Positions 26,302-35,772 of a DNA stretch of 64,000 nucleotides are shown here, piece by piece. A model generated the notes under the pieces. That model saw nothing but the letters and a program-made list of their open reading frames with translations, was not told the DNA's origin and did not search any database. The DNA is from Candidatus Babeliales bacterium (GTDB taxonomy: Bacteria > Babelota > Babeliae > Babelales > JANWKD01). The stretch lies in contig CAVXJH010000006.1 of NCBI GenBank assembly GCA_963762115.1, positions 64,001 through 128,000 on the forward strand, given 5' to 3'. The translations under genes and the position numbers were made by a program. The first letter of the stretch is position 1, and each line of letters begins with the position of its first letter.

Positions 26302-27726
26302 TTAATGCAAACTTTTTAGTATTTCAGCTTCATTAAAGTATATTTTTTGGTCAAACACAATTTGATAATGATCGGGACCCTTACCCAGAAGGACAATGAT
26401 ACTTTTTTCATGAGAAAGTGAATATGCTTTTTTTATTGCATTGGCACGATCAAGCTCAATACTAATTTTATACATGAGTGATTGATCAACTCCTTCAATC
26501 ATTTCCTGCACAATTTGAGCAGGATCTTCTGAACGAGGATTATCGGTGGTGAATATAACCTCATCAGCATAGTGAGCTGCTAAAGCACCCATAACAGGAC
26601 GTTTAGCCTTATCTCGATCGCCACCTGCACCACACACAACAATCATATGTTCAGAAAGCTCTCGAAGTGTCTTTAATACTGAAGAATAAGAAAATGGATT
26701 ATAAGCATAATCAATAAATGCACCTGCACCATTAGGCATAGAAATCAATTCTAATCTTCCTGGAACAAAATCAAAACTCGTTAACGCACAGATAGAAGCC
26801 TCAAACGAATTACCTAAAGTATGGCATACTGCCAAGGCACCAAGAATATTATATACATTAAATCGTCCAATAAGCACTGATGAAAAAGAAAATCTTTGAT
26901 CAGAGTGATGAATAACACCTTGTGTTCCTTCCAAGGAACATGAAACAGCCGAAACACAATATGAAGCCTGTTGATCACGACAACTAATACTCAAAAAATC
27001 AGAATTTTTTGTTAATAAAGGAGCACACCATTGATCATCAGCATTAATAACAACGGATGCATGATTCTTACGATGCTCAAAGAGCGAACATTTAGCATGA
27101 AAATATTCTTCCATCGAAGTATAAAACTCTCCATGTTCATGATTGAAGTTAGTAAAAAGAATAACATCAAATTCTATACTATGCACACGATTAAGCGAAA
27201 GCGCTTGTGCAGCGACTTCCATGATAACGTAATCGATGTTTTCTAAAACACATTGTTGCAAAAAAACATGTAAATAATCTGGCTGTTGTGTGGTTAATTG
27301 TGTTGAAAAAATTGTCTCAAGAATTTTATTATGAACAGAACTTAACAAAGCAGTTCTATAACCCAATGTTCGCAAGAGATGCTCAACAAGAAAAGACGAT
27401 GTCGTTTTACCAACTGTTCCGGTAATTGCAATAATTTTTAATTTTTTTGCCGGATAATCAAGAGCTTGTGCACTCAATTCTGCCAAAGCCTTACGCGTTT
27501 CTTCAACATACACAAGAGTCGCCTTGTTATGAGCAATCATCATCAATAGTTCATGGGGCAATTGAGTGTCTTGCTGAACGACAATAGTTTTTGCACCACG
27601 TTCCAGCGCTAATGGAATAAATTGCACACCGTTTTGCTTCATGCCTTGTATGGCAACAAATGTTGAACCAACGCCAACATAATCGGTATGGCAGGTAACG
27701 GGAAATTGTGAAGGTAATGTTGTCAT
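26302..27726 (-). CDS. murE: UDP-MurNAc-tripeptide synthetase (MurE family)
   Basis: ITGTVGKTT, VPGRLE, GAGGDRD, DNPRSED and GKG motifs. Confidence 0.88.
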   Translation of the reverse strand: MTTLPSQFPVTCHTDYVGVGSTFVAIQGMKQNGVQFIPLALERGAKTIVVQQDTQLPHELLMMIAHNKATLVYVEETRKALAELSAQALDYPAKKLKIIAITGTVGKTTSSFLVEHLLRTLGYRTALLSSVHNKILETIFSTQLTTQQPDYLHVFLQQCVLENIDYVIMEVAAQALSLNRVHSIEFDVILFTNFNHEHGEFYTSMEEYFHAKCSLFEHRKNHASVVINADDQWCAPLLTKNSDFLSISCRDQQASYCVSAVSCSLEGTQGVIHHSDQRFSFSSVLIGRFNVYNILGALAVCHTLGNSFEASICALTSFDFVPGRLELISMPNGAGAFIDYAYNPFSYSSVLKTLRELSEHMIVVCGAGGDRDKAKRPVMGALAAHYADEVIFTTDNPRSEDPAQIVQEMIEGVDQSLMYKISIELDRANAIKKAYSLSHEKSIIVLLGKGPDHYQIVFDQKIYFNEAEILKSLH

Positions 27727-27738
27727 TGCATCACGTAA

Positions 27739-29082
27739 TTATTTACTACGTTGAATATACTCTGCCAATCCTTTTTTGAGATACGGCAATAAACATAAAA
27801 TTGCAAAAATATTAATAATAAGAAGAAACGCACTAATAATATCTGCCAAGTTCCACACCAAATCAACTTTTACTAATGCACCAAGAAAGGTTAAAAAACA
27901 AAATATTAAATTACCAACAATGAGATACTTGCCTTTGGTCAAAAACAGCCAACAGTTACGAGCAATATACGCATACGTAACCAAAACGCCTAAACCAAAG
28001 CTCACTGATAAAAAGGTAACAATCCAACCACCAAAGGCACCGAAAACCGTTTCATAGGCAGAAATAGTGAGATCAAGACTTGTTTTTCCATTATTCCAAA
28101 CACCACTTGCAACAAGCATGAGAGCAATTGAAAAACAAACTAAATTGGCACTAATAAAAGTACCAAGCATTGACATGATGCCATCCTTAGCCGGTTCAGT
28201 GCTTCCTGAACCACCAAAAATTACAGCAGCTGTTCCTAAGCCTGCTTCAGTTGCATTAAGAGTGCGAGAAGTTCCAAATCTAATTGCTTGTTGCACTGAA
28301 TAACCAAAAGCACCACCCGCAATCGCTCCTGGCGTTAATCCCGCTTTTAAAATTAATATGAGCGCAGGAATTAAAGCAGCATAATGATATGCTAAGATAA
28401 TAAGTGCTGAAAGAAAAAATACACCCACTTTCACCGGAACAATTGCATCAGAAACTTTAACGATGCGCTTTGCCCCACCAAAAATCACATATAACATAAA
28501 AAGCAATAAACAAATTGCAATAATGAGTGGCTGTACACCAAAAATATGCACAAATCCCAGTTGAATAGTGTTTGCTTGCATGGCATTACCCGTAATAAGA
28601 GCATAAGCAAAACAAAATGCAGCATACACATACGGAAGAAATTTTTTACCAGGAATTTTACTCAAATAGACCATCGGCCCACCAACCAATCCACCGCCAA
28701 TATGTTGCACCCCAAAAGCAGTACTAAGGTACACTTCACAATAACGAATTGCCATACTGAACAATCCGAACACAAACATCCAAACTGCTGCGCCAGGTCC
28801 GCCAGAATATACAGCAGTTGCCATACCACCAATGCTGCCATTTCCTAAACTTGCACTAAGAGCATTAACAAAAGCCTGAAAAGGAGTCATATCTCCTTGA
28901 GCTCCTTCCTTAACAGCCCCAGGAACTAACAATAACTTCCAAGCCTTGCAAAAATAACGAATTTGTACACCTTTAAGAGCAATAGTAATAATAGAGGCAG
29001 CAAGAAAAAAGAGAATAATAAGTGGCCAATTCCATAAAAAATCATTAATCGCCATGGCATATATATTGAGGGTATCCAACAT
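27739..29082 (-). CDS. Alanine/glycine:cation symporter (AGCS family)
   Basis: GGPGAAVWM, GGPMVYL and EAGLGTA motifs; multiple TM segments. Confidence 0.92.
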   Translation of the reverse strand: MLDTLNIYAMAINDFLWNWPLIILFFLAASIITIALKGVQIRYFCKAWKLLLVPGAVKEGAQGDMTPFQAFVNALSASLGNGSIGGMATAVYSGGPGAAVWMFVFGLFSMAIRYCEVYLSTAFGVQHIGGGLVGGPMVYLSKIPGKKFLPYVYAAFCFAYALITGNAMQANTIQLGFVHIFGVQPLIIAICLLLFMLYVIFGGAKRIVKVSDAIVPVKVGVFFLSALIILAYHYAALIPALILILKAGLTPGAIAGGAFGYSVQQAIRFGTSRTLNATEAGLGTAAVIFGGSGSTEPAKDGIMSMLGTFISANLVCFSIALMLVASGVWNNGKTSLDLTISAYETVFGAFGGWIVTFLSVSFGLGVLVTYAYIARNCWLFLTKGKYLIVGNLIFCFLTFLGALVKVDLVWNLADIISAFLLIINIFAILCLLPYLKKGLAEYIQRSK

Positions 29083-29227
29083 TATCAAAATCCTTTCATC
29101 TAAAAAAAATTCACCAACTAACATGGTGTCTTTTTAATACTTTTTATTCAATATGAAAGAGTATACAATAAAATACAATTGAATTATATACAAAGCTCTT
29201 AAACACTCTTGTTGAAAGACAAAATAC

Positions 29228-29659
29228 ATGAAATTTTTAGCCTTGGATCTTGGAGATCAATGGGTCGGATCAGCACTTTCAGATTCTCTTGGTTTTTTTG
29301 CAAGACCATTTAAAACAGTAAAAGCTCATGAACTAGAACAATTTCTTATTGATCTTTTTGCACAAGAAGAAATTCCAACGATAATTTTAGGATATCCTAA
29401 AACAATGAAGGGCACTGAGAGTGAACAAACAAAAAAAATAATAGAAACAAAAAAAACACTTGAAGAGAAATTTTCTGAAAAAAAATGGCTTTTATGGGAT
29501 GAGCGACTAAGCAGTAAAAGAGCAAGTTCATTAAAAAAAGCGGTATCAAAAGAAGAAAAAATAAAAGCACATTCAATTGCAGCGGCATTTATTTTAGAAT
29601 CTTATCTAACTTTTTTACATTACTCTGATAAAAGTACAAAAGAAAAAGGAGAGGAATAA
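29228..29659 (+). CDS. yqgF: YqgF/RuvX pre-16S rRNA nuclease
   Basis: LALDLG, GYP, WDERLSS and AAAFIL motifs. Confidence 0.93.
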   Translation: MKFLALDLGDQWVGSALSDSLGFFARPFKTVKAHELEQFLIDLFAQEEIPTIILGYPKTMKGTESEQTKKIIETKKTLEEKFSEKKWLLWDERLSSKRASSLKKAVSKEEKIKAHSIAAAFILESYLTFLHYSDKSTKEKGEE

Positions 29660-29673
29660 AATATTCCTCTCCT
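29647..29673. terminator. Hairpin between convergent genes
   Basis: AGGAGAGGAATA-AAA-TATTCCTCTCCT with A-rich flanks. Confidence 0.75.
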
Positions 29674-29686
29674 AAAAAAACTCAGA

Positions 29687-31999
29687 TTAAAACGCGAGAT
29701 TAGAACCTACTGCAACTCCAGCTCCTGGTGGTTGCACTTGCCCAGTAGCAGGAAGATAGCTTCCTATAGTATTTCCCGTTGCTAGATTATAAAATATATC
29801 TCCAGCAGGATTACAATTAAAACCATATGCTCCATTAAATTCTGCAATAGAATACTGAATATTAGCAATTTCAGAAGCCGGATTAGTAAAGAACCCTGAA
29901 TTTACATTTCCACTTGCTTTGCAATAGGTTGCAATACCTTGTTGACCGGCTCCTCCAAGAAAGGCAATTCCTGAACCACCATTGTCAAAAGCATTACATA
30001 AGTCAAGAAATATACCTGCTCCATTTACTCGAATTCCATCGTTAAAATTGTTAAAAGCCTGACACCTAAGAAGAGAAGCATTAGCTCCTGTAACCCCAAT
30101 GCCTATTTCTGTGCAATTTTGCGCTCTACAATCAGTCAAAGAAGCATCACTGCTCGCAATAATAAAACCACCTGAAGTACTTCCGGCAAGAGATGCTATA
30201 CAAGTAGCACTACAATTGGTGAGTGCATTACTTACTGATATAACTTCAAAACCGACACCAATGCCACCAGATGAATTTACATTATTTACCTGACAATCAA
30301 GATATTCTGAACAAGCAGATAAGAAACCTGAAATAAAAGCAATTGCTTGCAAAGGTCCCGTTATATTATTAACAAAACAACCTTTGTAAAAACTATTAGG
30401 TGAAGAAACATTAAAAGCATTTACTGTCGTAGCACTTGATAAATTTACTGCTGAACACTTAGTGAAAATACTATCGCCACCCGTTACAGAGAAGCCAATT
30501 AATGCTGTTGTTGTTCCTGCTTTTGTTAATCCATTCACCACACACTTATAAAATTCATTATTTGCCGCTGACGCTTGGAACCCAGATACATTCTGTGTTG
30601 CTCCAGCACCAGAAAGATTCATTACAACACAATCTGAGAATATATTACTGCCAGGAGTTGTTCCACCACTGAATATTCCTGTAACACCGCTCGTAGCGGT
30701 GATATTTTTTATAACACATGATTTAAACGTGTTATAAAAACCAGCAACTTGATTTATTCCTATACAAGATGTTCCTGTTGCGTTATTAACCATACATGAA
30801 TCAAGGAGAGAATTTTGTAAATTAGCAAATCTAAAACCTGAAATTAACGCACTCATATTGGTACATGCTACATGATCAAAGACGCAGTCAAGAGCTACTC
30901 CCACAACATCGACGCCCACTCCTACACATTGATCAATAGCTACCTTTGATAGTGTAGTTGCAGATGGCGTTGTTAACGATATCCCAAAGCCAGCGCCATT
31001 TTGAATTGATATGTTGCTCAAAGTTCCCTGAACGTCATTAGTGAGCACAATACCAACACCAACTGAATTTTCAACAATTAGATGATCAATTGAAAGAGTT
31101 GTATCATTGGTATTCGAAACAGCGTTTAAGCAATTTTGTACATACACATTACGTATTGAAGTGCCAATGCTTCCAGTTGAACTAATAGCGCTTACTGCTG
31201 GGGAATTGGTAAACGAAACATTATTAATTGCAGTATTATTATTTGATGTCAATATAACACCAAGGGCACTCGTGATATAACCATTTCTAATAGTACGATT
31301 CGTACCAGCCAAAACAGAAATACTTCCTGTTGAAACAGCATGACCGTTAAGATCTAACACAACATCATCTGCCACAATAATAAACGATCCACTCACATCA
31401 TTGGCAAGACAGTAAGAACCTGGTTGTGTGATAATAGTTCCCACTGTTAATGATGTTGAAAAACAGGCAGCAATAGCATCAATAGTGGTGATCGTTGCAA
31501 CAAAATCAGCATTCAAGATACTGAATGTCGCTTGAAATTCTAGATTAATAGTAGTACAACATGCAAATAATTGAGCCTCTAAGGAATTTAATAGCTGACT
31601 AATACTTGTTAAATCGCATGCTCCAGGACCAACTATCGGTTTACCTATAGCTTCACGAGGAGCTTTTGTTAATTCTTGCAACAACTCGCTGTATCCTTCA
31701 AGCAATAGTGGATATGCTTCCAACAAATCATTCACATACAATGAACCATTGTTTTCTTCCAATTGTCCACAACAACGAATTAATGCCCGTAATGCCCCAT
31801 GAGCTGATTGTATGTCACTTTCATTCTTAATTTTTTTATTAACAAGATCTACCATAAATGACTGTATTACTTCGTCAACGGCGATCTTTTCTTGCTCACG
31901 ATCAAGAGAAACAGCTGATTTTTCACTATCAACCGGCACAATCTGGCTAAAACTACCGACTAGAAAAAATAATAACAAAAATTTTGATACGTTCTTCAT
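29687..31999 (-). CDS. Secreted Cys-rich parallel beta-helix protein (paralog B)
   Basis: Signal peptide; ITQPGSYCLANDV...VVLDLNGH start of beta-helix; regular repeats. Confidence 0.8.
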   Translation of the reverse strand: MKNVSKFLLLFFLVGSFSQIVPVDSEKSAVSLDREQEKIAVDEVIQSFMVDLVNKKIKNESDIQSAHGALRALIRCCGQLEENNGSLYVNDLLEAYPLLLEGYSELLQELTKAPREAIGKPIVGPGACDLTSISQLLNSLEAQLFACCTTINLEFQATFSILNADFVATITTIDAIAACFSTSLTVGTIITQPGSYCLANDVSGSFIIVADDVVLDLNGHAVSTGSISVLAGTNRTIRNGYITSALGVILTSNNNTAINNVSFTNSPAVSAISSTGSIGTSIRNVYVQNCLNAVSNTNDTTLSIDHLIVENSVGVGIVLTNDVQGTLSNISIQNGAGFGISLTTPSATTLSKVAIDQCVGVGVDVVGVALDCVFDHVACTNMSALISGFRFANLQNSLLDSCMVNNATGTSCIGINQVAGFYNTFKSCVIKNITATSGVTGIFSGGTTPGSNIFSDCVVMNLSGAGATQNVSGFQASAANNEFYKCVVNGLTKAGTTTALIGFSVTGGDSIFTKCSAVNLSSATTVNAFNVSSPNSFYKGCFVNNITGPLQAIAFISGFLSACSEYLDCQVNNVNSSGGIGVGFEVISVSNALTNCSATCIASLAGSTSGGFIIASSDASLTDCRAQNCTEIGIGVTGANASLLRCQAFNNFNDGIRVNGAGIFLDLCNAFDNGGSGIAFLGGAGQQGIATYCKASGNVNSGFFTNPASEIANIQYSIAEFNGAYGFNCNPAGDIFYNLATGNTIGSYLPATGQVQPPGAGVAVGSNLAF

Positions 32000-32220
32000 A
32001 TGTATGCGCTCTCTCTTTTTTAATTTTTTAATCTATCAAAACTATCTTTTTTATTGTACGTACATGATCAATACTCCTTTCTCACTTTCACGACCATTAA
32101 CAATTGTATAAAATACATGAATTTTTTATATAATTGCAAGAAAAATAATAAAAAAAACGGGTAGGAGGGAGCATTTTACTGATCCCGTCCTCCCATAAAT
32201 ATTATTTCTTAAACAAGCCC

Positions 32221-34821
32221 TTAATTACTCAAATTAGAACCTACAGCAACCGTTGCGCCTACAATTTGAACATTTCCAATACCACCATTATAATTTCCGC
32301 CTGCATTTCTTACTGCATAATTATAAAGGATTGCAGCAGCACTATTCAGATCAAAGCCAACACCGCCATTATATTCTGCAATACAATATGCTGCATTAAC
32401 AACTTCTGTACCAACGCTACACAAAAATCCTTGATCTGTATTTCTATTTGCTTTGCAATAGTTTAAATCAGCTGTTGTACTAGCCCCTCCTGAGAAATTA
32501 AATCCTATATCATTATTAAAAGAATTACATCTATCTAATGATAGTTCTGAACTTAAAGAACTAAAACCAGCACTTCCAGCAGCCCCTGTTGTACAAATAA
32601 CACTACAATTGGTGCATGAATTATTTGTCGCTACAATTTCAAAGCCAGCACTAATGCCACCAGATGAATTTACATTATTTACGTGACAATCAAAATATTC
32701 TGCGCAAGTAGAGTCAATAAACGAAAGAAAAGCGATTGCTTGTGAAGGTCCCGTTATATTATTAACAAAACAACCTCTGCAGACACTATTAGCTGAAGAA
32801 ATATTGAACCCATCTACTATCGTGGTACCGGATAAATTTACTGCTGAACAATTAGTTAAAATAGTATCGCCACCAGCTATAAGGAAGCCAACTAATGATG
32901 TCGATGCTCCTGCTTTTGTTAATCCATTCACCACACAATTATAAAATTCATTATTTGCCGCGTTCGCTTGGAACCCAACAGTATTCAACGTTGATCCAGC
33001 ACCAGAAAGATTCATTACAACACAATCTGAGAATATATTGCTGCCAGGAGTTGTTCCGTCACTGAATATTCCTGTAACACCACTCGTAGCGGTGATATTT
33101 TTTATAACGCATGATTTAAACGTGTTATAAAAACCAGCAAGGTGATTTATGCCTATAGAAGCGAATCCTGTTGCGTTATTAACCACACATGAATCAAGGA
33201 GAGAATTTTGTAAATTAGCAAATCTAAAACCTGAATTTAACAAACTCATATTGGTGCATGCTACATGATCAAAGACACATTCAAGAGCTGTTCCCACAAC
33301 ATCAACGCCCACTCCTACACATTGATTAATAGTTGACGCTGATACTTTAGTCGCAACAGGGCTTGTTAACGATATACCATATGATGAGCCATTGTTAATG
33401 ATAACATCACTTAATATTCCTTGATTACAACTGGTTAAGGTAATACCAACATGAAGTGAATTTTCAATGGTCAAATTGTTAATTAAAAGGCTAATATCAT
33501 TAGTGTTTGAAACACCACGCAAACAATTTTGTACATACACATTAAGTATTGCAGTACCAATACTTGACGTTGCCGTAATAGCGCTTACTGCAGGACAATT
33601 AGTAAATGAAATGTTATTAATTTCAGTATTAGTATTTGAGGTTAACACAATACCATTATTAGAGTTGTTGATATTACCATTTTTAATAGTACGATTCGTA
33701 CCTGTTAACACAAAAATACCACCGGTTGAAACGGCATGAGAATTAAGATCTAAAACAACATTATTTGCTGTTATGGTAAATGATCCAACAATATCATTAC
33801 TAAGACAATAATAACCCGGTTGAGTAATATTCGTACCAGCAGTTAACGGTGTTACAACGCATGCTGAAGCAAGTGCATTAATTGCAGTAAATGTTCCATT
33901 AAAACCAGCAAGAATCGTCCATGTTTGTTGAAATTCATTCGTTATATTGGTACAACATGCATTAAGTGCAGTAAATGTTCCATTAAAACCATTCGTTATA
34001 ATCGTTGTGGTACTATTATTACTAATTGCCGTGGTAATGGTTGTGCTTAAACTAGCAAGAATTGTCCATGTCGCTTGAAAATCATTTGAAATATTAGTAC
34101 AGCATGCATTGAGTGCAGTAAATGTTCCTTGCTGGCTTATTACTATTTCACTTACAAGAGCCGTCAACGTTGATACGGTTGACTCTAATAATGAAACAGT
34201 TGCTACAATTGAAGTTGCACTTTGAACTAAAGCATTCACAACCACTGTCAATGTATTGGTTGCTTCTTCAATTAAAATAGCAGCTGTATTAATCGTTGAG
34301 AGACTTTGATTAATATCAAAAAGTATTGAAAATGTTTGCGCAAAATCAGCTTGTATTTGTGCACAGCAAGTAGTTAATTGCGTACTTAAAGCATTTAATA
34401 AAGCTCTAATGCCTGATAAATCACAGGTTGCAGGACCCGCTACACCATTGTGTGGATTGCCTTGACGAGGTGCCTTAGTTGATTCTCCTAAAAGCTCATT
34501 ATATCCTTCCACCAATAAAGGATATGCTTCCAATAAATCATTGACACATAATAAATCTTTTTTTTCTTCCAATCGATCGCAACAACGGATTAATGCCTGC
34601 AATGAAATGTCATCTGGATTTACTGTTACTTCATTTTTAATTTTTTTCTCAACAAGACCGACAATAAATGCTTGTACTACTTCATCAACCACAATCTCTT
34701 CTTGCCCATCAACAAGAATAATAGCGGGACATTCATTTACTTCTTTATAATCCGTACACGCTGATTGATTAAAAAAACCAACAACAAAAAATAACAACAA
34801 AATTTTTGATACTTGCTTCAT
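32221..34821 (-). CDS. Secreted Cys-rich parallel beta-helix protein with coiled-coil stalk repeats (paralog A)
   Basis: Same architecture as paralog B; repeated ACCTNI..DFQ.TWTIL and GTFTAL units. Confidence 0.8.
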   Translation of the reverse strand: MKQVSKILLLFFVVGFFNQSACTDYKEVNECPAIILVDGQEEIVVDEVVQAFIVGLVEKKIKNEVTVNPDDISLQALIRCCDRLEEKKDLLCVNDLLEAYPLLVEGYNELLGESTKAPRQGNPHNGVAGPATCDLSGIRALLNALSTQLTTCCAQIQADFAQTFSILFDINQSLSTINTAAILIEEATNTLTVVVNALVQSATSIVATVSLLESTVSTLTALVSEIVISQQGTFTALNACCTNISNDFQATWTILASLSTTITTAISNNSTTTIITNGFNGTFTALNACCTNITNEFQQTWTILAGFNGTFTAINALASACVVTPLTAGTNITQPGYYCLSNDIVGSFTITANNVVLDLNSHAVSTGGIFVLTGTNRTIKNGNINNSNNGIVLTSNTNTEINNISFTNCPAVSAITATSSIGTAILNVYVQNCLRGVSNTNDISLLINNLTIENSLHVGITLTSCNQGILSDVIINNGSSYGISLTSPVATKVSASTINQCVGVGVDVVGTALECVFDHVACTNMSLLNSGFRFANLQNSLLDSCVVNNATGFASIGINHLAGFYNTFKSCVIKNITATSGVTGIFSDGTTPGSNIFSDCVVMNLSGAGSTLNTVGFQANAANNEFYNCVVNGLTKAGASTSLVGFLIAGGDTILTNCSAVNLSGTTIVDGFNISSANSVCRGCFVNNITGPSQAIAFLSFIDSTCAEYFDCHVNNVNSSGGISAGFEIVATNNSCTNCSVICTTGAAGSAGFSSLSSELSLDRCNSFNNDIGFNFSGGASTTADLNYCKANRNTDQGFLCSVGTEVVNAAYCIAEYNGGVGFDLNSAAAILYNYAVRNAGGNYNGGIGNVQIVGATVAVGSNLSN

Positions 34822-34963
34822 TCTTCTTTCTTTCTTTTTTTAATTTTTTTACATTACTCTAAACTCTTTTTTTTAAATTTTTTCCTCTTTCTTGTTTTAA
34901 AGATATAAACAACTCTACAAAAAATACATCAACTATCCCTACCTTTTCAAGAAAAATAATAAA

Positions 34964-35004
34964 AAAAAAGGTGAGAACAATTCGAAAATCGTTCTCACCT
35001 TTTT
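34964..35004 (-). terminator. Rho-independent terminator after the RRM gene
   Basis: AAAAGGTGAGAAC...GTTCTCACCTTTT. Confidence 0.8.
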
Positions 35005-35025
35005 AATTCTAAAAAATGATCTTAA

Positions 35026-35379
35026 TTAAAATCTATTTCTTGGAGGTCTTGGAGAGCCCCAACCACTACCGCCACCGGTACGGTTGCCGCCTCTATCGCC
35101 ACCAAAACGATCGCCTCCAGTTCTAGGACCACGAGCTTCAGGTGCGCGTGCTTCATTAACTCTGAGGGCTTGTCTTTCTAATTCGTAACCATTTAATTCG
35201 GCTATTGCTTGCTGAGCTTCAGCTGTAATAGGCATATCAACAAATGCAAATCCACGGGTATCACCGGTAAATTTGTCTTTGATGATCTTAACTGACGAAA
35301 CTTCGCCTTTTCCAGCAAATAATTGTCTTAACATGTCTTCTGTCACAGAACGTGCAACATTGCCAACGTATATGTTCAT
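35026..35379 (-). CDS. RRM RNA-binding protein with Gly/Arg-rich tail
   Basis: IYVGNV (RNP2), RGFAFV (RNP1) and LRVNEAR. Confidence 0.95.
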   Translation of the reverse strand: MNIYVGNVARSVTEDMLRQLFAGKGEVSSVKIIKDKFTGDTRGFAFVDMPITAEAQQAIAELNGYELERQALRVNEARAPEARGPRTGGDRFGGDRGGNRTGGGSGWGSPRPPRNRF

Positions 35380-35772
35380 AGGTATATAAACTCACAAAAA
35401 AAAATTAAAAAATGAAACTCAACAAATAATATTAACCTTACTGAAAAACCAGCCTTTCGTCAAGAATTAATATGATATACTATATTAATAACACTAATCC
35501 TAGCTAATAAATGATAAAAAGTCCAATTTAAAACTCATAAATGATTTTCAAAACACCTAATATTGCATATTGTGAAATATTTTTTTTAATTTAGTCAATA
35601 AAAGAAGTTTTGACCTGCAAATTGAGTAACTTTTTAATTTTGATATACTTTAAAAAAATCTCTTGTCTAGTCTCTTGCCAAAGGAATACTATACCTGCTT
35701 TACTAGATAATGTACCTTTTAAAAAATTTAATATATTCAAGCAATATACCTAATAGCCTTGGAGATTACCAA

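Noticed and set aside
9651..34821. Diversity-generating retroelement TR/VR pairs among the paralogs or tamB copies
   Set aside because: No reverse transcriptase is in the window, and differences are not adenine-specific; they are mostly synonymous third positions.
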